64,000 bases of DNA from assembly GCA_030824555.1 (NCBI GenBank), contig JAVBXK010000052.1:3059-67058 (forward strand), read 5' to 3'. This document shows, in pieces, positions 17,802 to 27,338 of the stretch; position 1 is the first letter of the stretch, and each line of letters opens with the position of its first letter. Source of the DNA: a bacterium (GTDB lineage: Bacteria > Pseudomonadota > Gammaproteobacteria > Burkholderiales > Burkholderiaceae_C). Made by a program: the position numbers and the translations under genes. A model generated the notes under the pieces. It had not been told where the DNA came from and searched no databases. It saw only the letters and a list, made by a program, of their open reading frames with translations.

Positions 17802-20453
17802 ATGCGCTCATTTGTCTTGTGTGCACTGCTGTTTGCAGGCTGTGCCACCCACGCGGCCACCCCACAGATCACAGGTGGGGCAGACCACAGCATGGCGCTC
17901 ACTCAGGACGGGCGTGTGTTCACCTGGGGCGACGACAGCAGTGGGCAGTTGGGTTCGGGACGTGTGCTTTTTCAATCCACACCGATGCCCAGCGTGCAAA
18001 TGGATGCCAGGAACATCACAGGTCTGGCCGCCGGCAGCTACCACTCCTTGGCCAGAATGCGCGACGGCAGTGTGGCCTCCTGGGGAAACAACGCCTATGG
18101 CGAATTGGGTGATGGCACGCTCACCAGTCGGGGAATCGCGTTAAAGGTCACGGGGTTGGCTGGCGTGACCGACATTGCAGCAGGCGAACAGCATTCCCTG
18201 GCAGCCGATAACCGCGGCGAAGTGTGGGCATGGGGCAGCAACGAGGATGGTCGCCTGGGCCAGAGCAGCAGCGACTCGGCCCACAGCACAGTCCCTCTCA
18301 AAGTGCCGATGTTGCAGGGCGTTGTGGCGGTGCAGGCCGGCAAAGCTCACAGCCTCGCCCTGACACAAGATGGGCGCGTGTTCTCGTGGGGTACCAATTA
18401 CTCCGGGCAACTGGGCGTGTCGGGTGGCAACAGATCTGCGCCGGTACCGGTTGAGTTTTTGTTACCGGACATCAGAATCACGGCCATAGGAGCTGTCAGT
18501 GACCACAGTTTTGCACTGGACAGCGACGGACGCTTGTGGAGTTGGGGCGAGAACGAGTTCTACCAGTTGGGTCACCGCAGTTACGCACGCAGCAGCGAAC
18601 CTCGCTACCTGTCCACGCTTGAGGCACAAGGCAAAGTGAGCAGTTTTGCGATTGGCCCCGTGGGTGGCGCTGCCGTATTGACCGATGGAAGCCTGTGGGT
18701 GTGGGGGTTTTATGGCCGCTACGACGAGCCCACTCGGGTAAGCGGCCTGCCAGGTCCCGTGAAGCAGGTACGCCTGGGAGAGAGTCACCTAGTGGTCACC
18801 TTGGTCGATGGACGTGTGCTCGCCAGTGGTGACAACCGTTTCGGCCAATTGGGCAACGGCTCGGTCTCCCCCACCGACGATCTGGTTTTCGTGCCAACCA
18901 CAGCGCTGACTCCCCCGTTGGCCACATTGGCCACCGGTTACTTTCACACCCTGGCCCTGGATGCCACGGGCCAGCTCATGGCCTGGGGAGACAACACGAG
19001 GGGACAGCTGGGCATCGGCGTTGCGGTCAATCGTTCTGTGCCGGGTGCGGTGGAAGGCTTGTCGGCCGTGACACACATTGCCAGTGGTCACCGGCATGCC
19101 TTGGCGTTGCAAGCCGACGGCACCGTGAAGGCCTGGGGCGACAACGATGATTTGGCGGTAGGCAATGGAAAGGATGACCGCCTGTTCACCAGCCCGCAGC
19201 ATGTGACGGGCTTGCCTGCCATTCGCCGGATTGCGGCGGGAGGCAGCAGCAGCGCCGCACTGGACACCACCGGCAAGCTGTGGGTGTGGGGAGCCAACCT
19301 GCGCGGTCAGTTGGCCATCGCAGAGGACATTTTCCGTACGAACCGTCCTGCCCAGGCATTGGGCCTGCCGCCTTTGGCGGATGTCAGTTTAGGCAGTGAA
19401 CACATGTTGGGCCTGGATTTGCAGGGCCGGGTCTGGGTGTGGGGTGCCAACGGTCGCGGCCAACTGGGCGACGGCTACAACCAGGCCACTGCGCCACGTG
19501 TGTTGACAAGTCTTGCCAACATTGTGTCGGTGTCGGCTGCAGGTGACCACTCCATGGCACTGGATGCACAAGGTCGCGTGTGGGCATGGGGTGACAACGG
19601 ATACAAACAAGTTGGCCCCACGGATGAAGACCAGGTCAAAGTACCGTTTCCAGTCACGGGCTTGCCAGCCATCAAGCAGATAGCCGCAGGCTACTTCAGC
19701 AGCCTGGCTTTGGGCACCGATGGCAGCATCTGGGCCTGGGGTGAAGGCCAGGAGGGCCAACTCGGCGACGGACAAGCAGACATTCGAGGGCTGCCCGCCA
19801 GGGCGGGAAATGATGCCTTTGCAGCGATCGGTTCAGGTGTGATGCACTCTCTGGCACTGCGCGCCGATGGGCTGACCTGGAGCTTCGGCCTGAACTTCAG
19901 CGGTCAGTTGGGTGATGGCGGGTATGCCAACCAAAACTCTCCGGTTGGGGTGGTAGACCCGGCACTCAACCGTTTTTTCGATGCCGACACCAGTACGGCC
20001 AATGAGCCCGTGGCAGAAGCCAAAATCCCGCCGTTTTTTACCCAGACACTCAAGGCCGGTGGCAGCCGACAGTTGACCCTGAGCACTCGCGTCAGCCTGT
20101 TGGACCCCAGGCTATCGGTCACCACCCAACGAGCAGTGCCCAGAGCCGCCAGCAGCTACAACCTGTATGTGGTGGCGGTATTGGCGGGGTCAGTCACCGC
20201 GCAGGTGGTGGACGTACCCAAGGTGTGGGTACGCGAGTCCCCGGGCTGGGGCCCGTTTGTGGGCTTCCCCATCGGTGAATACCTGCGGGGCGTGGCAGCC
20301 AACAGCGATGCGGTGTTGCTCATTGACATATTGGACAGCACCGACCTGAGCACTGCAGTGGGCACACGGTTTTTTGTGGGTTACGGCACGAGCGCGGAGG
20401 AAATGCTGTCCGCTGGACGCGTCCGTTTGGTTTATGAAGTGCCTGCGCAATAG
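17802..20453 (+). CDS. Secreted, probably lipidated, protein with 14 RCC1-type repeats and an unassigned ~190-aa C-terminal region
   Basis: GGAG RBS. N-terminus MRSFVLCALLFAGC (signal peptide plus lipobox-like FAGC). 14 repeats carry WG(D/N/S)N..GQLG-type motifs. Confidence 0.85.
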   Translation: MRSFVLCALLFAGCATHAATPQITGGADHSMALTQDGRVFTWGDDSSGQLGSGRVLFQSTPMPSVQMDARNITGLAAGSYHSLARMRDGSVASWGNNAYGELGDGTLTSRGIALKVTGLAGVTDIAAGEQHSLAADNRGEVWAWGSNEDGRLGQSSSDSAHSTVPLKVPMLQGVVAVQAGKAHSLALTQDGRVFSWGTNYSGQLGVSGGNRSAPVPVEFLLPDIRITAIGAVSDHSFALDSDGRLWSWGENEFYQLGHRSYARSSEPRYLSTLEAQGKVSSFAIGPVGGAAVLTDGSLWVWGFYGRYDEPTRVSGLPGPVKQVRLGESHLVVTLVDGRVLASGDNRFGQLGNGSVSPTDDLVFVPTTALTPPLATLATGYFHTLALDATGQLMAWGDNTRGQLGIGVAVNRSVPGAVEGLSAVTHIASGHRHALALQADGTVKAWGDNDDLAVGNGKDDRLFTSPQHVTGLPAIRRIAAGGSSSAALDTTGKLWVWGANLRGQLAIAEDIFRTNRPAQALGLPPLADVSLGSEHMLGLDLQGRVWVWGANGRGQLGDGYNQATAPRVLTSLANIVSVSAAGDHSMALDAQGRVWAWGDNGYKQVGPTDEDQVKVPFPVTGLPAIKQIAAGYFSSLALGTDGSIWAWGEGQEGQLGDGQADIRGLPARAGNDAFAAIGSGVMHSLALRADGLTWSFGLNFSGQLGDGGYANQNSPVGVVDPALNRFFDADTSTANEPVAEAKIPPFFTQTLKAGGSRQLTLSTRVSLLDPRLSVTTQRAVPRAASSYNLYVVAVLAGSVTAQVVDVPKVWVRESPGWGPFVGFPIGEYLRGVAANSDAVLLIDILDSTDLSTAVGTRFFVGYGTSAEEMLSAGRVRLVYEVPAQ

Positions 20454-20580
20454 ACCAGCAGACGCGGCTTGGGCAAAAAGGTCGCCAGAACTTGCCCGTT
20501 TGCTGGAACGAGGCAGCGGTCGGGCTGACGGTGTCGGCAGACGCGGCACCCGTGGTGCATCTGTGGTTTCGCACAGACAT

Positions 20581-20612
20581 AAAAAAAGGACCGGGCATTT
20601 CTGCCAAGTCCT
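20581..20612 (-). terminator. Rho-independent terminator downstream of tRNA-Val
   Basis: Minus strand reads AAGGACttGGCAgaaaTGCCcgGTCCTT followed by TTTTTTT. Confidence 0.7.
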
Positions 20613-20631
20613 TGATTCATCACACAAATTT

Positions 20632-20706
20632 TGGTGGGCGGTGCAGGGTTCGAACCTGCGACCCCTGCCGTGTGAAGGCAGTGCTCTACCACTGAGCTAA
20701 CCGCCC
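20632..20706 (-). tRNA. tRNA-Val (anticodon CAC), CCA encoded
   Basis: Minus strand: GGGCGGT TA GCTC AGTGGTA GAGC A CTGCC TTCACAC GGCAG GGGTC GCAGG TTCGAAC CCTGC ACCGCCC A CCA. This gives a full cloverleaf with a 7-bp acceptor stem. Confidence 0.93.
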
Positions 20707-20715
20707 AAGCCTTAA

Positions 20716-20745
20716 ATTATATACCAGTTTCTACCTCTTCAACAA
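20716..20745 (-). promoter_or_regulatory. Sigma70-type promoter for tRNA-Val
   Basis: Minus strand has a perfect TATAAT (20716..20721) 9 nt upstream of the tRNA 5' end. TTGAAG/TTGTTG -35 candidates lie 15-18 nt further upstream. Confidence 0.55.
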
Positions 20746-20798
20746 ACAACGCTGGTTTCAAATACACAGTCAGATCAAGCCCTGTCGGCACAACGCCA

Positions 20799-21536
20799 TC
20801 AAGCCGTGGCTGCAGGTGCCAGCGGCTCATGCCGACGCCACACGGTTTTACCCTTGCTGGCCTTGTCCAGATCGGCAAGCAAGGCATCGTGCGCCAGCCG
20901 TTCGGCATCGGTCGCACGGCATGCTTGCAATGTGAACGTGCTGAGATCGACCACCGGCACGCTGACACGGTGAACGTCGTTGTCCGACTGCCCACCCAGG
21001 TCAATGCCCAATGCATCCTGACCGCGGGTCATGTTGATGTAGACATCGGCCAACAACTCTGCGTCCAGCAAAGCGCCGTGCAGCGTGCGCCCGGAGTTGT
21101 CAACCTCCAGACGACCACACAGGGCATCAAGGCTGTTGCGCTTGCCGGGGAACATCTCCTTGGCCATTGCCAGGCTGTCGATCACCCCAGCCACGTGGTC
21201 GCTCATCCGCCCCCGGTTCAGACGCTCCAGCTCCTTGTTCAGGAAGCCGATGTCGAACGGTGCGTTGTGGATGATCAGTTCTGCTCCGCCCAGGTAGTCC
21301 AGCAGCTCGTTGGCAATGGCTGCGAACTTGGGCTTGTCGCGCAGGAATTCGTTGCTGATGCCGTGAACTTTGAGCGCGCCCTCATCACTGTCGCGTTCAG
21401 GGTTGACGTAAAGGTGCAAATTGCGCCCCGTGAGTTTGCGGTTGAGCAACTCGACGCAGCCAATTTCAATGATGCGGTCGCCGTTTTCTGGCGACAGGCC
21501 GGTTGTTTCGGTGTCCAGAACGATCTGGCGGCTCAT
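20799..21536 (-). CDS. dnaQ: DNA polymerase III epsilon subunit (3'-5' exonuclease)
   Basis: Exo motifs VLDTETTGL, HNAPFDIGFL and HGALLDAELLADVY. Confidence 0.92.
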   Translation of the reverse strand: MSRQIVLDTETTGLSPENGDRIIEIGCVELLNRKLTGRNLHLYVNPERDSDEGALKVHGISNEFLRDKPKFAAIANELLDYLGGAELIIHNAPFDIGFLNKELERLNRGRMSDHVAGVIDSLAMAKEMFPGKRNSLDALCGRLEVDNSGRTLHGALLDAELLADVYINMTRGQDALGIDLGGQSDNDVHRVSVPVVDLSTFTLQACRATDAERLAHDALLADLDKASKGKTVWRRHEPLAPAATA

Positions 21537-21538
21537 GA

Positions 21539-21877
21539 TCAGTGCTGCTCTTTGGCGTGGTTGATGGTGTAGCGCGGGATGTCCACCGTCAGGTCGGTCT
21601 GCGCCAGGATGGCCTGACAGCTCAGGCGCGACTGGGGCTCCAGCCCCCAGGCCCGGTCAAGCAGGTCTTCTTCGGCCTCGTCAATGTCGCCGAGTGATGC
21701 CAATCCTTCCCGCACGATGACGTGGCAGGTGGTGCACGCGCAGCTCATGTCGCAGGCGTGCTCGATCTGGATACCGTTGTCCAGCAGCGCCTCACAGATG
21801 GTGGTGCCGGCGGGGGCTTGGATGCTCGTGCCTTGGGGGCAGTACTCGGGATGAGGCAGGATGCGAATGGTGGGCAT
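21539..21877 (-). CDS. fdx: ISC-system 2Fe-2S ferredoxin
   Basis: 112 aa with the CDMSCACTTCH cluster motif. Follows hscA. Confidence 0.92.
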   Translation of the reverse strand: MPTIRILPHPEYCPQGTSIQAPAGTTICEALLDNGIQIEHACDMSCACTTCHVIVREGLASLGDIDEAEEDLLDRAWGLEPQSRLSCQAILAQTDLTVDIPRYTINHAKEQH

Positions 21878-21912
21878 AACGGGAGTGATGAGCTGAATGC
21901 GGAAGTATGCGG

Positions 21913-23808
21913 TCAGAACGCATCGATGCGGGTACCGGCCAGCGCGCGGCTGATGCCCCGGTTCATGCGCATGGCCGCGAAAGCCTCGGTCCCCTTGGCA
22001 AGTGCCTGCGTGGCCGCTTCGATGTCGGCAGCGTCTTCACTGCCAGTTGCCACCCGACGGACGGTGTCCATCAAGGCGTGGACAGCGGTCTGTTCGTCGG
22101 CTGACAGCAGGTCGCTGTCGGCACGCAGGGCACTCAAGGTGGCTTCGACCATGCGGTCGGCATCCACGCGCGCCTCGACCAGTGCGCGGGCCTTCATGTC
22201 GGCCTGTGCGGTGGTGAAACTCTCTTGCAGCATGGTGGCAATCTGCTCATCGCTCAGGCCGTAAGACGGTTTCACGTCGATACGGGCTTCAACCCCCGTG
22301 CCCTGCTCTTTGGCGCTGACGCTCAGCAGCCCGTCGGCATCGATGGTGAACGTCACCCGAATGCGCGCTGCGCCCGCCGCCATGGGCGGGATGCCACGCA
22401 GCTCGAACCGGGCCAGGCTGCGGCAATCCGCCACCAGGTCACGTTCGCCTTGCAACACGTGCAAGGCCAAGGCCGTTTGGCCGTCTTTGTAGGTGGTGAA
22501 GTCCTGCGCCAGTGCGGTGGGGATGGTGCTGTTGCGCGGCACGATGCGCTCCACCAGCCCGCCCATGGTTTCGATGCCCAGGGACAGCGGGATGACGTCC
22601 AGCAGCAGCAAATCGCCATCGGGGTTGTTGCCTGCCAGCTGGTTGGCTTGTATGGCCGCACCCAGCGCCACCACCTCATCGGGGTTCAGGTTGAGCAAAG
22701 GCGGCTGGCCGAAGAAAGCTTCCACCGCCTGGCGCACCACTGGCATGCGGGTAGACCCACCGACCAGCACCACGCCCTTGATGTCGTCTTTGGCCAAGCC
22801 AGCGTCTCGCATGGCCTTGCGCACCGCGACCATGGTGCGGGCGGTCAATGCCTGTGTGGCATCGGTAAAATCAGACAATTTCACATCAAAACTGACTTCA
22901 CCGCTTTCCAGCATTGCATTGAATGCTATGAACTCAGAATCAGTTGCCAGGGTTGAAATGCTTTCTTTCACTTGCCGGGCCGTGTACAGCAGGCGTGCGC
23001 GGTCGGTGGCGGAAGCCGTGTTCAGCAGTTCGGTCTGGCCGGTCTGGGTCAACACCCAGGTCAGCAAGGCTCGGTCGTAGTCATCGCCACCCAGTGCCGA
23101 ATCGCCGCCAGTGGAAACCACCTCGAACACACCTTGCGTCAAGCGCAGGATGGAGATGTCGAAGGTGCCCCCCCCCAGGTCATACACGGCGTACACGCCC
23201 TCGGACGCGTTGTCGAGCCCGTAGGCAATGGCCGCAGCCGTGGGTTCGTTGATCAGGCGCAACACGGGAATGCCTGCCAGCTTGGCCGCATCCTTGGTGG
23301 CCTGGCGCTGCGCGTCGTCAAAGTAGGCGGGCACAGTGATGACGGCGCCGAACAGCTCGTTGTCGAACGTGTCTTCGGCCCGGAACCGCAAAGTGGCCAG
23401 AATTTCAGCGCTGACCTCGACCGGCGTTTTCTCGCCTGCCACCGTCTGCACGGTGGCCATGCCGGGACGGTCGAGCACGGTGTAAGGCAACTGATCGACC
23501 TGCACCACATCGGCGCGTTTGCGCCCCATCAGGCGCTTGATAGACGACAGTGTGTTGGCCGGATCGGTCACTTGGGCGGCCAGGGCATCGAAGCCGATCT
23601 GACGCCCTGCCCCACCCGCTTCAGGCGGCAGGTAACGCACCACGCTGGGCAAAATGGGGCGGCCCTGTTCGTCTGGCAGGCATTCGGCCACGCCGTGCCG
23701 CACAGCGGCCACCAACGAATGGGTGGTGCCCAGGTCAATGCCCACGGCAACGCGCCGTTGATGCGGATCGGGCGACTGGCCCGGTTCGGAAATTTGTAGT
23801 AATGCCAT
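21913..23808 (-). CDS. hscA: Fe-S cluster assembly chaperone HscA (Hsp70 family)
   Basis: [12 protein letters not shown] and DLGGGTFD motifs in an isc operon context. Confidence 0.95.
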   Translation of the reverse strand: MALLQISEPGQSPDPHQRRVAVGIDLGTTHSLVAAVRHGVAECLPDEQGRPILPSVVRYLPPEAGGAGRQIGFDALAAQVTDPANTLSSIKRLMGRKRADVVQVDQLPYTVLDRPGMATVQTVAGEKTPVEVSAEILATLRFRAEDTFDNELFGAVITVPAYFDDAQRQATKDAAKLAGIPVLRLINEPTAAAIAYGLDNASEGVYAVYDLGGGTFDISILRLTQGVFEVVSTGGDSALGGDDYDRALLTWVLTQTGQTELLNTASATDRARLLYTARQVKESISTLATDSEFIAFNAMLESGEVSFDVKLSDFTDATQALTARTMVAVRKAMRDAGLAKDDIKGVVLVGGSTRMPVVRQAVEAFFGQPPLLNLNPDEVVALGAAIQANQLAGNNPDGDLLLLDVIPLSLGIETMGGLVERIVPRNSTIPTALAQDFTTYKDGQTALALHVLQGERDLVADCRSLARFELRGIPPMAAGAARIRVTFTIDADGLLSVSAKEQGTGVEARIDVKPSYGLSDEQIATMLQESFTTAQADMKARALVEARVDADRMVEATLSALRADSDLLSADEQTAVHALMDTVRRVATGSEDAADIEAATQALAKGTEAFAAMRMNRGISRALAGTRIDAF

Positions 23809-23892
23809 AAGTCAATCAGGGTCGCCTGGACACGGTGCGGCAGGCGATCAATTGACCCATGCCAGACGGATGCCACGCAGTCGGCGTGGGCT

Positions 23893-24468
23893 TCAGGTGT
23901 CCATGCGCTCGAGTCTGTCGCCGACTTCGGTGCTGAACTTTTCGACGAACATCAGCGCGCGCACAGCGTGGGCTGCGGTTTGAGCTGCAGCTTGAACTTG
24001 CACCTGCTGATCGGCATCGTTTGCTGCGTGGGCCGCAACAGCTGGGCCATCCAGGGCAACGGCCATGTCTTGCTGCAGTTGCTTGCGCATGCGTGCGGCA
24101 TCGTCCAGCAAGGCCTCAAGCTGTTCAGGCGTGGTCGCCTCTTCCAACGCCTCACGCCAGGCCATTTGCTGTATCAGGAACGCAGCGGGCATGGCCGTGT
24201 TGGTGTTCGCATTCACGGGTGCGCCACGGCGCTCGCACAGATACATGCCACGGTGTAAAGGGTTTTTCAACCGCTGGTACGCCTCGTTGATGCGAACCGC
24301 CCACTGCATGGCCACGCGTTGTGCCACCGCACCTTCGCTGGCAAATTTGTCGGGGTGCGCCTCGCGCAGCAAGGCCTTCCATTGATTGTCGAGCGCAGCC
24401 GAATCCAGCGCAAAGCGCTCGGGCAGGCCAAAGAGTTCGAAATCGGATGCTTGTAAATCGAGGGTCAT
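23893..24468 (-). CDS. hscB: Co-chaperone HscB
   Basis: J-domain FELFGLP...LLREAHPDKF. Start taken at MTLDLQ (24468). Confidence 0.9.
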   Translation of the reverse strand: MTLDLQASDFELFGLPERFALDSAALDNQWKALLREAHPDKFASEGAVAQRVAMQWAVRINEAYQRLKNPLHRGMYLCERRGAPVNANTNTAMPAAFLIQQMAWREALEEATTPEQLEALLDDAARMRKQLQQDMAVALDGPAVAAHAANDADQQVQVQAAAQTAAHAVRALMFVEKFSTEVGDRLERMDT

Positions 24469-24478
24469 TGCGTGTCTT

Positions 24479-24802
24479 TCACACCCGGAACGATTCGCCG
24501 CAACCACAACGGTCACGTTCATTGGGGTTGCTGAACTTGAAGCCTTCGTTCAGGCCTTCGCGCACGAAGTCCAGTTGGGTGCCGTCGATGTAGGCCATGC
24601 TTTTGGGGTCAACCAGCACGGTCACGCCGTTGCTCTCGAACACGACATCTTCCGGGCTCTGTTCATCGGCGTATTCCAGCTTGTAGGCCAGACCCGAACA
24701 GCCCGTGGTTTTGACGCCCAGGCGCACGCCCACCCCTTTGCCACGGCGGCTGAGGTAGCGGGTCACGTGCCGGGCGGCAGCATCAGTGAGGGTGACAGCC
24801 AT
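24479..24802 (-). CDS. iscA: Iron-sulfur cluster insertion protein IscA
   Basis: [13 protein letters not shown]..., GCSGLAY and the C-terminal CGCGESF. ATG at 24802 preferred over TTG at 24808. Confidence 0.92.
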   Translation of the reverse strand: MAVTLTDAAARHVTRYLSRRGKGVGVRLGVKTTGCSGLAYKLEYADEQSPEDVVFESNGVTVLVDPKSMAYIDGTQLDFVREGLNEGFKFSNPNERDRCGCGESFRV

Positions 24803-24804
24803 GT

Positions 24805-25191
24805 TCAATGAGCCTGTTTCTTGCGGTAGTCATCCACGGCAGCCTTGATGGCATCTTCAGCCAGGATGGAACAGTGGATTTTGACAGGCGGCAACGCCAG
24901 TTCTTCGGCAATCTGGCTGTTCTTCAGCGCAGCAGCCTCGTCCAGCGTTTTGCCCTTGACCCATTCCGTCACCAGCGAGCTGGAAGCGATGGCCGAACCG
25001 CAACCATAGGTTTTGAAGCGGGCATCTTCGATCACGCCCGTGGTGGGGTTGACCTTGATCTGCAGCTTCATCACATCACCGCAAGCCGGTGCACCGACCA
25101 TACCCGTGCCCACCGAGTCATCGCCCTTTTCAAAGCTGCCGACGTTGCGGGGGTTTTCGTAGTGGTCAACCACTTTTTCAGAATAGGCCAT
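24805..25191 (-). CDS. iscU: Fe-S cluster scaffold IscU
   Basis: [26 protein letters not shown] and LPPVKIHCS. Confidence 0.95.
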   Translation of the reverse strand: MAYSEKVVDHYENPRNVGSFEKGDDSVGTGMVGAPACGDVMKLQIKVNPTTGVIEDARFKTYGCGSAIASSSLVTEWVKGKTLDEAAALKNSQIAEELALPPVKIHCSILAEDAIKAAVDDYRKKQAH

Positions 25192-25269
25192 GGTATTACT
25201 CCAAAATCAGAAGCTGACAACGCTTGACAGTAAAGCGATGAAAGCCAAAAACAATCCAAATTCACGCAC

Positions 25270-26511
25270 TCAGTGAGCTGCCCACTGGATGGTGGACAAG
25301 TCGACACCGTCTTTGAACATCTCCCACAACGGCGACAGCTCGCGCAGCTTGGCCACGTTCTCCTTGATGGTGGCAATGGCGTAGTCAATTTCCGCCTCAG
25401 TCGTCCAGCGGCCGATGGTCATGCGCAAGCTGCTGTGGGCCAGTTCGTCACTGCGGCCCAGGGCGCGCAGCACATAGCTGGGCTCCAGGCTGGCTGAGGT
25501 ACAGGCCGAACCACTGGACACAGCCAACCCCTTGATGCCCATGATGAGCGACTCGCCCTCGACGTAGTTGAAGCTCATGTTCAGGTTGTGTGGCACGCGC
25601 TGCGTCTCATGCCCGTTGATGAACACTTCTTCAATGCCTTTCAGGCCCGCAACCATGCGGTCATGCAAGGCTTTGATGCGCTGGTTTTCGGCATGCATTT
25701 CAGCTTTGGCGATGGCATAGGCCTCGCCCATGCCCACACACTGGTGCGTGGGCAACGTGCCCGAACGCATGCCGCGCTCGTGGCCACCGCCGTGCATTTG
25801 CGCTTCGAGGCGAATGCGCGGCTTGCGACGCACATACAGCGCACCGATACCTTTGGGGCCATAGGTTTTGTGCGAGGTCAGGCTCATCAGGTCGATGGGC
25901 AAGGACGGCATGTCGATGTCCACACGGCCGGTGGCTTGCGCCGCGTCCACATGGAAGATCACGCCCTTTTCGCGGCAGATGGCGCCGATGGCGGCCACAT
26001 CCTGAATGACGCCGATTTCATTGTTCACGAACATCACGCTGGCCAGGATGGTGTCGGGGCGGATGGCCGCCCTGAACACGTCCAGGTTGAGCAGGCCATC
26101 AGGCTGCACGTCCAGGTAAGTGACCTCGAAGTCCTGGCGCTCCAGCTCGCGCATGGTGTCCAGCACGGCTTTGTGCTCGGTTTTGACCGTGATCAGGTGC
26201 TTGCCCTTGCCTTTGTAAAAGTGCGCAGCGCCCTTGAGGGCCAAGTTGTTCGACTCGGTCGCGCCACTGGTCCACACGATTTCACGCGGATCGGCGTTGA
26301 TGAGGGCCGCCACCTGTTCGCGGGCGGTTTCCACGGCCTTTTCGGCCTCCCAGCCCCAGGCATGGCTGCGGCTGGCCGGGTTGCCGAAGTGTTCGCGCAA
26401 CCAGGGGATCATGGCATCCACCACCTGCGGATCGCATGGGTTGGTGGCGCTGTAGTCCATGTAAATGGGGAAATGTGGGGTGCTCATGGGATGAATAGGG
26501 TGTGTTGGCAA
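25270..26511 (-). CDS. iscS: Cysteine desulfurase IscS
   Basis: [26 protein letters not shown] (PLP-binding Lys) and SSGSACTS (catalytic Cys). The start is either TTG 26511 or ATG 26487. Confidence 0.93.
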   Translation of the reverse strand: MPTHPIHPMSTPHFPIYMDYSATNPCDPQVVDAMIPWLREHFGNPASRSHAWGWEAEKAVETAREQVAALINADPREIVWTSGATESNNLALKGAAHFYKGKGKHLITVKTEHKAVLDTMRELERQDFEVTYLDVQPDGLLNLDVFRAAIRPDTILASVMFVNNEIGVIQDVAAIGAICREKGVIFHVDAAQATGRVDIDMPSLPIDLMSLTSHKTYGPKGIGALYVRRKPRIRLEAQMHGGGHERGMRSGTLPTHQCVGMGEAYAIAKAEMHAENQRIKALHDRMVAGLKGIEEVFINGHETQRVPHNLNMSFNYVEGESLIMGIKGLAVSSGSACTSASLEPSYVLRALGRSDELAHSSLRMTIGRWTTEAEIDYAIATIKENVAKLRELSPLWEMFKDGVDLSTIQWAAH

Positions 26512-26602
26512 TGTCGTGAGCCTTCACTGGACAGCCTGTTGCGCTGCAACGGCTGCAACGCCAGGAGGCCATCCATGCAGAGGCTCAGGTAGCAAACGAA
26601 AG

Positions 26603-27139
26603 TCAGACTTTGGCGAGTGATGCACCGAGTGCAAAAACGGAATTGGGCGCATTGACCCGTATGGGCTTGACCACCGGCGCGCTGGAGATGGCGCGCTTGA
26701 TGAGTGGCGCGTTTTCAACCACCAAACCCTTGGCCAGCTGCTCATCCACCAGCTTTTGGAGCGTGATCGAGTCCAAAAAGTCAACCATCTTGGCGTTCAA
26801 CGCCGCCCACAGCTCATGGGTCATGCAGCGGTTACCTTCACCGTGGCAGTTTTCCTTGCCACCACATTGGGTGGCATCCATGGGCTCATCGACTGACACG
26901 ATGATGTCGGCCACAGTGATCTCATGGGCCTTGCGGCCCAGTGTGTAACCACCTCCTGGCCCACGGGTGGACTCGACCAGCTCGTGCCGACGCAACTTGC
27001 CGAACAGCTGTTCCAGGTACGAAAGTGAGATTTGCTGGCGCTGGCTGATGGCCGCCAGTGTGACCGGGCCACCCGCCTGGCGCAGTGCCAAGTCGATCAT
27101 GGCAGTGACCGCAAAGCGGCCTTTGGTTGTGAGGCGCAT
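26603..27139 (-). CDS. iscR: Rrf2-family Fe-S regulator IscR
   Basis: [18 protein letters not shown]... HTH, plus the cysteine triad in [14 protein letters not shown]. Start at 27139; the upstream part of ORF ..27391 is promoter. Confidence 0.92.
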   Translation of the reverse strand: MRLTTKGRFAVTAMIDLALRQAGGPVTLAAISQRQQISLSYLEQLFGKLRRHELVESTRGPGGGYTLGRKAHEITVADIIVSVDEPMDATQCGGKENCHGEGNRCMTHELWAALNAKMVDFLDSITLQKLVDEQLAKGLVVENAPLIKRAISSAPVVKPIRVNAPNSVFALGASLAKV

Positions 27140-27242
27140 GTCGTGCTCCGTGTGTACTGACAATGGTGACAAGGCCCGGTACACACGCTGTGCATCGGCA
27201 CCCTCCGTGCCCGCGCAGACCGCTGACGGGCCTCCTGCAAGC

Positions 27243-27268
27243 TTATCTTGACTATTTTTGTCAAGTAT
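27243..27268 (-). promoter_or_regulatory. IscR type-1-like operator in the isc promoter
   Basis: Minus strand ATACTTGACAAAAATAGTCAAGATAA fits the published ATASYYGACTRwwwYAGTCRRSTAT pattern, about 105 nt upstream of the iscR ATG. Confidence 0.6.
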
Positions 27269-27338
27269 ACACCATACCCAACCTTTTTGCTCAACATTGT
27301 AACGTCGAGCCCCTGCAGCCTGGCTGACACATCCCGCG

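Noticed and set aside
17617-20706. Whether the RCC1-repeat gene is cargo of a genomic island integrated at tRNA-Val.
   Set aside because: There is no integrase, excisionase or mobility gene nearby. I could not find a direct repeat of the tRNA 3' end (ggttcgaacc...) upstream of the gene. GC is only slightly lower than in neighbouring genes.
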